31,178 nucleotides of DNA, from sequence record SRR20825019_97. One strand, 5' to 3'. The first letter of the stretch is position 1. Every line of letters starts with the position of its first letter. The notes under the pieces are model-generated. The model did no database searches. It was not told where the DNA came from and saw nothing but the letters and a program-made list of their open reading frames with translations. Made by a program: the position numbers and the translations under genes. This document shows positions 18,477 to 27,531 of this stretch, piece by piece.

Positions 18477-19267
18477 CCACCCAGCCCGACGGCAAAAACG
18501 CCCAACGTCCCGAAGATGCACAGCCGGAAATGCCACTGATCGAGCATTTGCTGGAGCTGCGCAACCGCCTGCTGAAAATGGTGTTGGCGGTGATCATCTG
18601 TTTTGCCGCCATCTACCCGTTTGCCAATGAACTCTACCTGCTGATATCGCAACCCTTGCGGGACCTGCTGCCAGTCGGCCAGACCATGATCGCAACGGAC
18701 ATCACCTCGCCGTTCTTCGCGCCATTGAAACTGGCCCTGGTGCTAGCTGTGTTCGTGGCCATTCCGGTGATCCTCTACCAGCTCTGGAGTTTTATTGCGC
18801 CGGGCCTGTATGCCCATGAGAAGAAACTGGCGTTCCCCTTACTGTTTACGTCAGTCGTCCTGTTTTATCTGGGGGCGGCCTTTGCCTATTACGTGGTGTT
18901 CCCGCTGGTGTTCGGATTCTTCACCGCCATCGGCCCGGAAGGCATTGTTGAGTTGCCGGATATCAGCAGCTACCTCAATTTCGTACTGAAGATGTTCTTC
19001 GCTTTCGGGGTCGCCTTCGAAATTCCCATCGCCACCATACTGCTGATTCTCACTGGCGCCACCACGCCCGAAGACCTCGCTGCGAAGCGCCCGTACATCG
19101 TGGTGGGCTGCTTCGTAATCGGCATGTTGCTGACCCCACCGGACATCATCTCCCAGACTCTGCTGGCGGTGCCCATGTGGCTGTTGTTTGAACTCGGCAT
19201 TCTGTTTGGTCGGCTCGCCAGGCGCGAGGTGGAAACCCCTGACGCAACGGACGCCTCCAACGAATGA
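18473..19267 (+). CDS. tatC: Twin-arginine translocase subunit TatC
   Basis: PLIEHLLELRNRL, YQLWSFIAPGLY.HEK, FEIP, LTPPD. Confidence 0.97.
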   Translation: MTTQPDGKNAQRPEDAQPEMPLIEHLLELRNRLLKMVLAVIICFAAIYPFANELYLLISQPLRDLLPVGQTMIATDITSPFFAPLKLALVLAVFVAIPVILYQLWSFIAPGLYAHEKKLAFPLLFTSVVLFYLGAAFAYYVVFPLVFGFFTAIGPEGIVELPDISSYLNFVLKMFFAFGVAFEIPIATILLILTGATTPEDLAAKRPYIVVGCFVIGMLLTPPDIISQTLLAVPMWLLFELGILFGRLARREVETPDATDASNE

Positions 19268-19983
19268 ACCTGGCACTGCTGTTCCAGGATGATTTCGTGG
19301 CGACGGACACAGCCTTGCTCACAGGCCGCCGGCTGGCACACCTGCATTCAGTGTTGAAGGTCGCGGAAGGCGACTTGGTCCCCGTGGGCCTGGTGGACGG
19401 CGATATTGGCACGGGCCGCGTGGTCAGGCTTACCGATGCCGAGGCCGTACTGAAGGTGGAATTAACTGCACCGCCGCCAGCCCCCCTCCCCTTGACGCTG
19501 ATCCTGGCCATGCCACGGCCAAAGATGTTCCGCCGTGTACTGCAGACCTGCGCAACCCTTGGCGTCAAGGACATCTGGCTGATCAATGCCTACAAGGTGG
19601 AGAAAAGCTTCTGGCAAACGCCGTGGCTGTCGGAGGACAATCTGCGGGAAAACATGGTACTCGGCCTGGAGCAGGCGCGGGACACCCACCTGCCCCGGCT
19701 GCACGTCCGCAAGCTGTTCAAGCCGTTTGTGGAAGATGAATTGCCGGCCCTGCTGAGAAATACCCGTGCCCTGGTGGCCCATCCCGGTACCAGCGAGCCC
19801 TGCCCGGCACACATCAACGAACCCGCCACCCTGTGCGTTGGCCCGGAAGGCGGGTTCATACCGTATGAAGTCGACAAGCTGACCGAGGCGGGCTGCGAGG
19901 CGGTGCACCTTGGCAACCGTATCCTCCGGGTGGAGACCGCCGTACCTGTGCTGGTCAGCCGCCTGTTCGACGCCTGCGTTTAG
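19264..19983 (+). CDS. rsmE: 16S rRNA m3U1498 methyltransferase, RsmE family
   Basis: HLHSVLK, LEQARD, VGPEGGF, LGNRILRVETA; downstream of tatC. Confidence 0.9.
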   Translation: MNLALLFQDDFVATDTALLTGRRLAHLHSVLKVAEGDLVPVGLVDGDIGTGRVVRLTDAEAVLKVELTAPPPAPLPLTLILAMPRPKMFRRVLQTCATLGVKDIWLINAYKVEKSFWQTPWLSEDNLRENMVLGLEQARDTHLPRLHVRKLFKPFVEDELPALLRNTRALVAHPGTSEPCPAHINEPATLCVGPEGGFIPYEVDKLTEAGCEAVHLGNRILRVETAVPVLVSRLFDACV

Positions 19984-19984
19984 C

Positions 19985-20899
19985 TCAGGCCGAACGCGCC
20001 TTCCAGAGTTTTGTCAGTGGTGTGATCACCGCTACCAGCAAAGCCCCCGCTACAACGCCGAAAAGGCCGTCCGCAAGCACCGGAACTACGGCCTGGGCGA
20101 CACCACCAAAACCTTCGACAAAGAGATGAATGGCCTCATATACCGGTGGCAGTCCATGGGTGAGAATGCCGCCACCCACCAGGAACATGGCAATGGTGCC
20201 CAGCACTGACAAGGCTTTCATCATCCAGGGAGCAAACCAGAGGATGCCTTCCCCAACCCGCTTGGCAAATGGGCTTTCTTTCTGGCTGAGGTAGAGACCG
20301 CCATCGTCCAGTTTCACAATGCCGGCCACCAGGCCGTAGACACCGATGGTGATCATTATGGCGACGACCGTCAGCACCATGAACTGCATTCCGATGCTCT
20401 GACTACTGACCGTTCCCAGGGTGATCGCTATGATTTCAGCCGATAGGATAAAGTCCGTGCGAATCGCCCCTTTGATCTTGTCTTTCTCAACCGCTTTCAG
20501 ATCGGCGTCGGGATTTTTGAGGGCGTTGCGGAGTTCTTCCTTGTGCTGTTCATCTTCCTGCCTGTGGAGGAACCGGTGAGCGATTTTTTCAAACCCCTCA
20601 AAGCAGAGAAAGGCGCCGCCGAGCATCAGCAGGGGAATCACCAACCAGGGCACGAAGAAGCTGATGGCGAGAGCGCCCGGAACCAGGATGGTCTTGTTGA
20701 GCATCGAGCCCTTCGCCACCGCCCAGACCACCGGCAGTTCCCGCGCAGGTTTCACACCGGTCACCTGTTGGGCATTAAGCGCAAGGTCATCCCCCAGCAC
20801 GCCGGCGGTTTTCTTGGTGGCCGCCTTGGTCATCAACGCCACATCGTCCAGAACCGTGGCGATGTCATCAATCAATACGAGGAGACTGCTGGCAGCCAT
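19985..20899 (-). CDS. DUF808 / YedI-family inner membrane protein
   Basis: LLVLIDDIA, KKTAGVLGDDLALNAQQV, RELPVVWAVAKGS, GAIRTDFILSAEI. Confidence 0.92.
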   Translation of the reverse strand: MAASSLLVLIDDIATVLDDVALMTKAATKKTAGVLGDDLALNAQQVTGVKPARELPVVWAVAKGSMLNKTILVPGALAISFFVPWLVIPLLMLGGAFLCFEGFEKIAHRFLHRQEDEQHKEELRNALKNPDADLKAVEKDKIKGAIRTDFILSAEIIAITLGTVSSQSIGMQFMVLTVVAIMITIGVYGLVAGIVKLDDGGLYLSQKESPFAKRVGEGILWFAPWMMKALSVLGTIAMFLVGGGILTHGLPPVYEAIHLFVEGFGGVAQAVVPVLADGLFGVVAGALLVAVITPLTKLWKARSA

Positions 20900-20951
20900 A
20901 ACGAATTCCTTTTGGTTCAACGATGTTTATAGTGCGCCCTGCAAACCATAC

Positions 20952-22175
20952 TCAGGCATCCAGCCCCATGGCCTCGGCGGCAATACGATTCTTGATCGGC
21001 CCAAGCTGGTTCAGCCAGCGCATGCCGGTGTTGCGAAGCCAACGCAGGGTCAACTCATCTCGGCCAAACAGTTGCTTGAAACCTTCCATGGCCGCCATCA
21101 TCGCGAGGTTCTCACCCTTGCGACGGCGCTGGTAGCGAGCCAGAACAAGCTCGTTGTCTGGATCAATGCCTTTGCTCCGGGCACTGGCAAGTTCATCCAG
21201 CAACGCACGAACATCCCCATAACCCAGATTCGCCCCCTGGCCGGCCAGGGGATGAATGGTATGGGCAGCATCTCCCACCAGCGCAAAGCCAGGGGCGATG
21301 TATTCCTTGGCATGGCGTTGACGCAAAGGAAACGCGTAGCGACGCGAGACCAGATCCACTGCGCCCAGTTCACGCTCTATCGCCCGTTCCAGTTCCGCTT
21401 TGAAGGCGTGGTCATCCAGCCCCATCAGACGCCGTGCCTCTTCAGTATCCTGTGACCATACAATAGAACAAAAATGCTCATCGCCGGACTCTGACAACAA
21501 TGGCAGGAACGCCAGAGGTCCTGTGGGCGAGAACCGTTGCCAGGCGGTATAGCGGTGGCTCTGGGCCGTTCGAACGGTGCATACGATGGCCTGCTGGCCG
21601 TAATCCCACTCGCGGGTCGGTAGCCCCACCCACTGGCGCAATCGGGAGTGGGCACCGTCCGCCGCCACTACAAGCCTGGCGCCGAAGGTCTGGCCGTCTT
21701 CCAGGCGGATGCCTCGCGTGTGCCCGTCCTGCCACCAGCCACTCACCCTGACCCCGTCAATCAGGGTCACAGCGCTGTCAGCCAGGGCATCAAACAGTGC
21801 CTGCACAATTCGACGGTTCTCAATGATCGTACCCAGCGCCGGGGCGCGGAGCTCTGCCGCCTCGAACTGGATGCGGCCGGTGCCATCGCCGTCCCACACC
21901 GTCATTGTCTGGTAGGAACAGTGGCGACCAGCGGTTATGTCCGGCCATACCCCCAACTGTTCCAGCAGCCGCTGGCTGGCGACCGAAATGGCGCTCACGC
22001 GGGGGTCGAAATCTTCCACAGATAGCGCTTCTTCGAGGCCCTGCATCAAGGCCTTTCGGTCGGCACCTTCCACCAGCCCGACATTCCAGCCCTGCCGAGA
22101 CAAACCCAGCGCCAGGGCCGAGCCCACCATGCCGCCGCCAACCACCAGGATATCGAATTGCGGTTGCTCACTCAT
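20952..22175 (-). CDS. FAD-dependent ubiquinone-pathway hydroxylase (UbiI/UbiF type)
   Basis: VGGGMVG, RVSAI, VAADGAHS, GDAAHTIHPLAGQGANLG; follows ubiH at the ubiI/visC position. Start 22175 or 22181. Confidence 0.9.
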   Translation of the reverse strand: MSEQPQFDILVVGGGMVGSALALGLSRQGWNVGLVEGADRKALMQGLEEALSVEDFDPRVSAISVASQRLLEQLGVWPDITAGRHCSYQTMTVWDGDGTGRIQFEAAELRAPALGTIIENRRIVQALFDALADSAVTLIDGVRVSGWWQDGHTRGIRLEDGQTFGARLVVAADGAHSRLRQWVGLPTREWDYGQQAIVCTVRTAQSHRYTAWQRFSPTGPLAFLPLLSESGDEHFCSIVWSQDTEEARRLMGLDDHAFKAELERAIERELGAVDLVSRRYAFPLRQRHAKEYIAPGFALVGDAAHTIHPLAGQGANLGYGDVRALLDELASARSKGIDPDNELVLARYQRRRKGENLAMMAAMEGFKQLFGRDELTLRWLRNTGMRWLNQLGPIKNRIAAEAMGLDA

Positions 22176-23448
22176 GGTCATTGCGTTCCGAGAAAACGTT
22201 GTCAGGAGTACGAAGCTCGGCCCGGCGCCCACCCAGGCCCATAGCCTGGCGGGCAAACCAGCGCTTGGCGCCGGGTAGCAGATCCAGCCCCATCAGGCCG
22301 GCGTCGCGGGCGGTGGCCACCAGGGGTAGATGATTACCGAAAAGCTGGATCAGTGAGTCGGAAAACCGTACGGTTTGTTGCCAGTCCCGGCGATGACGAG
22401 CCTGATAAGCGTTAAGCACGCCCAGGCTGCCCAGGGGTTGCTGCTGCTCGACGGCCACACGGAACTGTTCCACCAGCGCCATCAGGCCTCTCAACGCCAG
22501 GTTGAAGCCCTGACCGGCAACCGGATGAAGGGTGTGCGCCGCATTGCCTACCAACACCACACCAGGCCGAACCGCCTCATCCACGGTTTTCAGGGTCAGC
22601 GGGTAGTGGCTGCATTCACCGATGCGGGTAAAACGCCCCAGGCGCCAGCCAAAACGATGCTGCAGTCGCTGGCACTTATCGTCATCGCCCAATGACAGCA
22701 GTTCATCAAGAGCCTTACTACTCAACGTCCATACCAGGGCGGCGTTTGTGCCGGCGCGCGCTGGCGAGCCGTGAGGCAACAACGCCATGGGGCCAGCATC
22801 GGTGAAACGTTCAAACGCGGTAAACTCATGACTATGGGAGGTGGAGACATTGGCGATCAGGGCATGCTGATCGTACGCCTGTTCATTGACCCGGAAGCCC
22901 AGTGTTTCACGCAGGCCGGAACGGCCGCCGTCAGCCACCAACAGACACTGCGCGGTCAGTTCCCGATTTCCCGTGTCGGCGCCCAGGGTAACGCGAACAC
23001 CCTCCGATAGCGGCTGCATGGCTGTCACTTCCGCCGGTGCTTCCCAGACCACATGCGTCTGCAGCAGTTCCCGCATCAGGCACAGCCCCATCCAGCGGTT
23101 GTCCGCGACATAGCCCAGAGCCTCCTGTTGGTGCTCGGCGGCGTTCAGGCGCGTGGCCCCGAAATGCCCACGATCCGATACATGAATATGGCGAATGGGC
23201 GTGGCATGCTCGGAAAGCTGTTGCCACAGGCCCAGTTCTTCAAAGATCAATCTTGAGCCCCAGGCCAGCGCTGTGGAGCGGGCATCGTAGCTGGGCTGGT
23301 AACTGTCAGGCAGGGCCTCCGGAGACAACGGAAACGCCTCTACCACGGTCACCCGCAATTGCGGCAAGGTTCTCGCCAGCGCCAATGCCAGGGTGGCTCC
23401 TGCCAGCCCACCACCGGCGATGATGATATCGGTATCGTGCTGGTTCAC
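22168..23448 (-). CDS. ubiH: 2-octaprenyl-6-methoxyphenol hydroxylase UbiH
   Basis: GGGLAG, YDARSTAL, IHVSDRGHFG, AFERFT..GP, GNAAHTLHPVAGQGFNL; follows pepP. Confidence 0.93.
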   Translation of the reverse strand: MNQHDTDIIIAGGGLAGATLALALARTLPQLRVTVVEAFPLSPEALPDSYQPSYDARSTALAWGSRLIFEELGLWQQLSEHATPIRHIHVSDRGHFGATRLNAAEHQQEALGYVADNRWMGLCLMRELLQTHVVWEAPAEVTAMQPLSEGVRVTLGADTGNRELTAQCLLVADGGRSGLRETLGFRVNEQAYDQHALIANVSTSHSHEFTAFERFTDAGPMALLPHGSPARAGTNAALVWTLSSKALDELLSLGDDDKCQRLQHRFGWRLGRFTRIGECSHYPLTLKTVDEAVRPGVVLVGNAAHTLHPVAGQGFNLALRGLMALVEQFRVAVEQQQPLGSLGVLNAYQARHRRDWQQTVRFSDSLIQLFGNHLPLVATARDAGLMGLDLLPGAKRWFARQAMGLGGRRAELRTPDNVFSERNDHE

Positions 23449-23450
23449 GG

Positions 23451-24773
23451 TCAGTCGGCCATCAGCGCTTCAATCTCGGGAATGGTCTTGGGGACCGCCT
23501 CGGTGAGTACCCGACAGCCCTCTTTCGTCACCACCACGTCATCCTCGATGCGAATGCCGATACCACGCCATTTCGCATCCACGCTGGTGTTGTCCGGCGC
23601 CACATATAGCCCGGGCTCCACGGTCAGTGCCATGCCCGGCTCCAGTTCGCGCCACGCATCGCCCACCTTGTAGTCCCCGACATCATGCACATCCAGGCCA
23701 AGCCAATGGCCGGTACGGTGCATGAAGAACGGCTTGAACGCCTGTTCCTCAATGGCCTGCTCTACCGTCGTATCCTTGAGCAGGCCAAGATCGATCAAGC
23801 CCTGGGTAAGTACTTTCAGTGCGGCCTGGTGGGGATGGTCCCAGTGATTCCCGGGACGAACTTCCTCAATGGCCGCGTACTGGGCCGCCAGCACCACTTC
23901 ATACAGGGCCCGCTGCTCATCGCTGAACCTTCCGCTGACCGGGAAGGTACGGGTAATATCGGAGGCATAGCATTCCAGTTCACAGCCTGCATCGATAAGC
24001 ACCAGGTCGCCATCGTTCAACGGGGCGCTGTTTTCAATGTAGTGGAGGATACAGGCGTTCTGGCCGCCCCCCACAATCGACGGATAGGCCGTGGAGCGGG
24101 CACCGTTTTCCATAAACGTGTGGATCAGTTCGGCTTCCAGGGCATATTCAAAGACCCCTTTGCCGGCCCTCTTCATCGCCCGCTTGTGGGCCTCACAACT
24201 GATCTCGCCGGCCCTTGCCATCACCTTGATTTCCGCCGCGCTCTTGTACAGGCGCAGGTCGTGGAGCAAGTGTTCCAAGGCTACGAACTCGCCGGGCGGA
24301 TGGGCCCCCGAACGCACCTTGCTGCGGATCAGTTTGACCCAGTCCATCACCTTGGCATCAAAATTATGATCTTTGCCCAGTGGGTAATACACCCGGCTGC
24401 GACCTTCGATCATGCCGGGCAGGATGTCGTCAATATCGGCAATGGGAAAGGCATCGTCCAGGCCGAAGGTCTCGATGGCACCCTCGGGGCCTGCCAGGAA
24501 GCCATCCCAAAGCTCCTTTTCCGGGTTTCGTTCCTTACAGAAAAGTACGGACTCTCCATGCTCCCGGCCGGGAATCAGAACCAGGACCGCTTCCGGCTCA
24601 CCAAACCCCGTCAGGTAATGGAAGTCACTGTCCTGGCGAAACGGATGCAGGACATCCCGGTTGCGCACCCGTTCAGGGGCGGCTGGCAGTATGGCAATGC
24701 TATCCGGCGCCATTCTTTCCATCAGCCGGTGCCGGCGATCGTTGAATTCCTTGACGGGTATCAGTGAAGCCAT
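23451..24773 (-). CDS. pepP: Xaa-Pro aminopeptidase
   Basis: FRQDSDFHYLTGF, LIDAGCE..CYASDITRTFP, HRTGHWLGLDVHD, TVEPGLY, GIRIEDD. Confidence 0.96.
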   Translation of the reverse strand: MASLIPVKEFNDRRHRLMERMAPDSIAILPAAPERVRNRDVLHPFRQDSDFHYLTGFGEPEAVLVLIPGREHGESVLFCKERNPEKELWDGFLAGPEGAIETFGLDDAFPIADIDDILPGMIEGRSRVYYPLGKDHNFDAKVMDWVKLIRSKVRSGAHPPGEFVALEHLLHDLRLYKSAAEIKVMARAGEISCEAHKRAMKRAGKGVFEYALEAELIHTFMENGARSTAYPSIVGGGQNACILHYIENSAPLNDGDLVLIDAGCELECYASDITRTFPVSGRFSDEQRALYEVVLAAQYAAIEEVRPGNHWDHPHQAALKVLTQGLIDLGLLKDTTVEQAIEEQAFKPFFMHRTGHWLGLDVHDVGDYKVGDAWRELEPGMALTVEPGLYVAPDNTSVDAKWRGIGIRIEDDVVVTKEGCRVLTEAVPKTIPEIEALMAD

Positions 24774-24800
24774 GAAGTCTCCCACGGGTATCAGCGTTGT

Positions 24801-25397
24801 TCAGTGCAAAGTCGGGGTATTGGGTGACGGCTTTTCCGGCGGATTGAACTCAGTGAACACCGCTAGCGCCCCCAGCCGTACATATTCGACGATTTCCATC
24901 AATTGTTGTTCGCTTTCATCGTCCGGCTCGTCATCATCGGCCACCTGACTGATCGCCACCAGATCTTCAATGAGTTCGCGAATCTCGTCCGGCGCCTCAC
25001 CCAGTGCCTGACCAGCGGACAGCGCCATGCCCTCCAGGAAACCACGCACCCAGGAGGTGAGCGCTTCCAGTCGCTGTTCGATGGCGTAATCGTCATCCGG
25101 CAGCAAGGGCTGAAAACTCATATCGGTGGCCTTGAGCAACTCGAGCGTCTGGCTATAGGCCGAGGCCATAAATTCCCGCAGTTCGTCCGATTCGTCGGTC
25201 GCAGCCTGGGGCAGGCCCATGTGCTCACACACCATGGCCAGCCATTCCTCTTCACTGATACGAGCGCCGGCAGCAAGCCGGCCACAAAGCACACCATGGA
25301 GCTCTGACGGATGACTGAAAGCCTTGTGAGCGGTAAACATATTGGCCCAGCGCTCAAAGGCGACGGCGCGGGCGTTGGAGGTGTCGGTTTCGGACAT
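24801..25397 (-). CDS. ygfB: UPF0149 family protein (YgfB/YecA)
   Basis: SELHGVLCG, FQPLLPDDD, WVRGFLEG, EIVEYVR; first gene of ygfB-pepP-ubiH. Confidence 0.9.
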   Translation of the reverse strand: MSETDTSNARAVAFERWANMFTAHKAFSHPSELHGVLCGRLAAGARISEEEWLAMVCEHMGLPQAATDESDELREFMASAYSQTLELLKATDMSFQPLLPDDDYAIEQRLEALTSWVRGFLEGMALSAGQALGEAPDEIRELIEDLVAISQVADDDEPDDESEQQLMEIVEYVRLGALAVFTEFNPPEKPSPNTPTLH

Positions 25398-25496
25398 GAA
25401 ACGGGACGGTCCTGTATGAATGAGTGAAGGCCCTATCCTAGCATTCAGGCGCATTTAAGACACTTGCCCTCTTGATTCCGGACCGGGAAAGAGTAA

Positions 25497-25519
25497 ATTA
25501 TGTTATAACATATCAATTT
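25497..25519. promoter_or_regulatory. Putative Zur box
   Basis: ATTATGTTATAACATATCAATTT contains the perfect palindrome TATGTTATAACATA, resembles the gammaproteobacterial Zur consensus (AATGTTATAnnATAACATT) and sits just upstream of a ZrgA-like gene. Confidence 0.75.
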
Positions 25520-25536
25520 CAAGGAGAGCGCCTGCC

Positions 25537-26175
25537 ATGTCCGCCAAACACACACACCCCAACCGTCCATGCTCGCTGCATACACTTGGATGCATGATCG
25601 CCGCCTGCAGCCTGGCACCGATGGCGCTGGCCGCCGACAATCCCGGCGCCCACGAGCACGGCCATGCCCGATTGCAGATGGCGGTGGAAGAAAACCGTAT
25701 TGACCTGATGCTCAATTCCCCTGCGTACAACCTCGCCGGGTTCGAGCATGGCGCCCGCACAGAGGCGGAAAAAAGCCGGTTGGCGGACATTACCCGCTGG
25801 CTGGAAACCACGCCGCTGGTCAACACCGCAGCGGCCGACTGCCGCGTGACAGCCGCAGCCGTGGAACTCGGCGGGGAAGACGAAAACCATGGTGGGGAGA
25901 CTCATCACGGCCACGACGAGCACGATCATCACGAGGCCGAACATCACGACGAAGGACATCATGACGAAGAACATCATGGGGAAGCCACTCATCGGGAATA
26001 CGACGTATCCCAGCAACTGGCATGCAACCGCATCGACGCCGATCAGGAGTTCACATCGGCACTGATGGAGAGGTTCGAGGGTATGGAGGAACTCACCGTC
26101 GAATGGGTCAGCCCCTCTGGCCAGGGCAGTGCCCGGCTGACACCCTCAAACCGGGCATTTACGGTCAACAACTGA
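25537..26175 (+). CDS. zrgA: ZrgA-family (DUF2796) zinc uptake protein with His-rich linker
   Basis: Signal peptide, AHEHGHA, SPAYNLAGFEH, His/Asp/Glu-rich tract; AAGGAG RBS; Zur-like box upstream. Confidence 0.85.
   Translation: MSAKHTHPNRPCSLHTLGCMIAACSLAPMALAADNPGAHEHGHARLQMAVEENRIDLMLNSPAYNLAGFEHGARTEAEKSRLADITRWLETTPLVNTAAADCRVTAAAVELGGEDENHGGETHHGHDEHDHHEAEHHDEGHHDEEHHGEATHREYDVSQQLACNRIDADQEFTSALMERFEGMEELTVEWVSPSGQGSARLTPSNRAFTVNN
25924..25983 (+). repeat. Four degenerate 15-bp tandem repeats encoding xHHxx units
   Basis: gatcatcacgaggcc / gaacatcacgacgaa / ggacatcatgacgaa / gaacatcatggggaa. Confidence 0.75.
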
Positions 26176-26198
26176 CCTATGAATGCCCTGCAAAGACA

Positions 26199-26741
26199 TT
26201 ACTCCTCGTAGGGTGAGACGTTCTCCGCCACGATGGAGTATGAGGACGAAGCAATGTCGTTCTCGGTCTTCTCGATCTTCAGGGTGCCCTCAATCCACAC
26301 CGGATCGTAGAGTGCTTCCAGCTTGAAGCCCTTCTTGTACTTCACATGGATGATCTGGTTGGGAGGAGGTGGCGGCACGTGTATGCAGGCGCCATAGTAT
26401 GGCACCAGGAAAAACTCCAGAATGCGCATATCCTGTGTGGTTTTCAGCGGCACGACGAAACCCGGAATCCGGCCCGACCGGCCATCCATTTCAGGCACCA
26501 CGCGACCTGTCATGATCTCGTCCGGCAATGTGGCAGGGCCGTCACCCTCGTGGGAGACTTCTGGCATATTCTCGAGTAGGTTGAGATCCTCCTCTGGCAT
26601 CAATTCCAGCCAGTCGATCTCTTGCGAGGCGTCTTTGGCGCTAACGGCGGTTGAAAGACTGAAGGCCGCGACCAGCGCCACCATACACAGGGTGGCGAAC
26701 AGAGAGCGTTGCCGCGATCGGGATTCCAGAGGTTCTGACAT
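26199..26741 (-). CDS. DUF3299 family protein (ZrgD-like)
   Basis: Signal peptide, IDWLELMP, RIPGFVVPL, EFFLVPYYGACIHVPPPPPNQII, PVWIEG. Confidence 0.9.
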   Translation of the reverse strand: MSEPLESRSRQRSLFATLCMVALVAAFSLSTAVSAKDASQEIDWLELMPEEDLNLLENMPEVSHEGDGPATLPDEIMTGRVVPEMDGRSGRIPGFVVPLKTTQDMRILEFFLVPYYGACIHVPPPPPNQIIHVKYKKGFKLEALYDPVWIEGTLKIEKTENDIASSSYSIVAENVSPYEE

Positions 26742-26790
26742 AAAACTGACGTCTCCTGTAACGATTCAGGGATCATACACCGGATGACCA

Positions 26791-27531
26791 ATGCCTGACA
26801 TGACCGGCAAGACAGACTTGCACAAAGATAGTTCCGTAACCTCAGAGAGTTCCGTAACCCCACGGCAAACCCTCCGCATCAGCGAACTCACTTTTCGCTG
26901 GGACCGGACCCAGCCGGGCATCCGCTATCCTGACGCAACACTGAACAGCGGTGAACACCTTTTCCTCCGAGGCCCCAGCGGTAGCGGCAAGAGCACACTC
27001 CTGAGCCTGATGGGAGGCCTGATCGTGCCGGACTCCGGTCGCCTGGAATTACTGGGCACAGACCTGGCAGGCCTGACCAGCGGCCAACGCGACCGATTCA
27101 GGGCCGACCACATGGGCGTTATCTTCCAGCAGTTCAACTTGGTGCCCTACCTGAGCACGCTGGACAACGTCACACTGCCCTGCAAGCTTTCACGGAAACG
27201 CCGAGCGCGGGCCTTGTCTTCGCCGGAGGCAGAAGCGAAATCCCTGCTGACTGCCCTGGGCATCCCCCAGAGCCATTGGCACCGGCGTGTTACCACCCTC
27301 AGCGTCGGGCAACAACAGCGAGTAGCCGCCGCCCGGGCACTGACCGGCGCCCCGGAACTGATCCTCGCCGACGAGCCCACCTCGGCCCTGGACAGCGACA
27401 ACCGGGACCGCTTTATCGAGTTGTTGCTGGGGCTGGCGGCGGAAAAACACTCATCCGTTGTCTTTGTCAGTCACGACAAGAGCCTGGCCCAACGCTTTAA
27501 CCACCAACTGGCCCTGGAGGTGACCCCATGA
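26791..27531 (+). CDS. ABC transporter ATP-binding protein (LolD/MacB type, ZrgB-like)
   Basis: GPSGSGKST, RDRFRADHMGVIFQQFNL, LSVGQQQRVAAARAL, ADEPTSALD, VSHD. Confidence 0.92.
   Translation: MPDMTGKTDLHKDSSVTSESSVTPRQTLRISELTFRWDRTQPGIRYPDATLNSGEHLFLRGPSGSGKSTLLSLMGGLIVPDSGRLELLGTDLAGLTSGQRDRFRADHMGVIFQQFNLVPYLSTLDNVTLPCKLSRKRRARALSSPEAEAKSLLTALGIPQSHWHRRVTTLSVGQQQRVAAARALTGAPELILADEPTSALDSDNRDRFIELLLGLAAEKHSSVVFVSHDKSLAQRFNHQLALEVTP

Noticed and set aside
23685-24767. 360-aa plus-strand ORF
   Set aside because: Antisense shadow of pepP; no recognisable motifs; such shadows are common in GC-rich coding DNA.
26827-26862. 18-bp tandem duplication (gatagttccgtaacctca / gagagttccgtaacccca)
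   Set aside because: Only two copies, in frame in the ATPase N-terminal tail (DSSVTS-ESSVTP). Not a CRISPR or att site, though a regulatory role for the divergent DUF3299 gene cannot be excluded.
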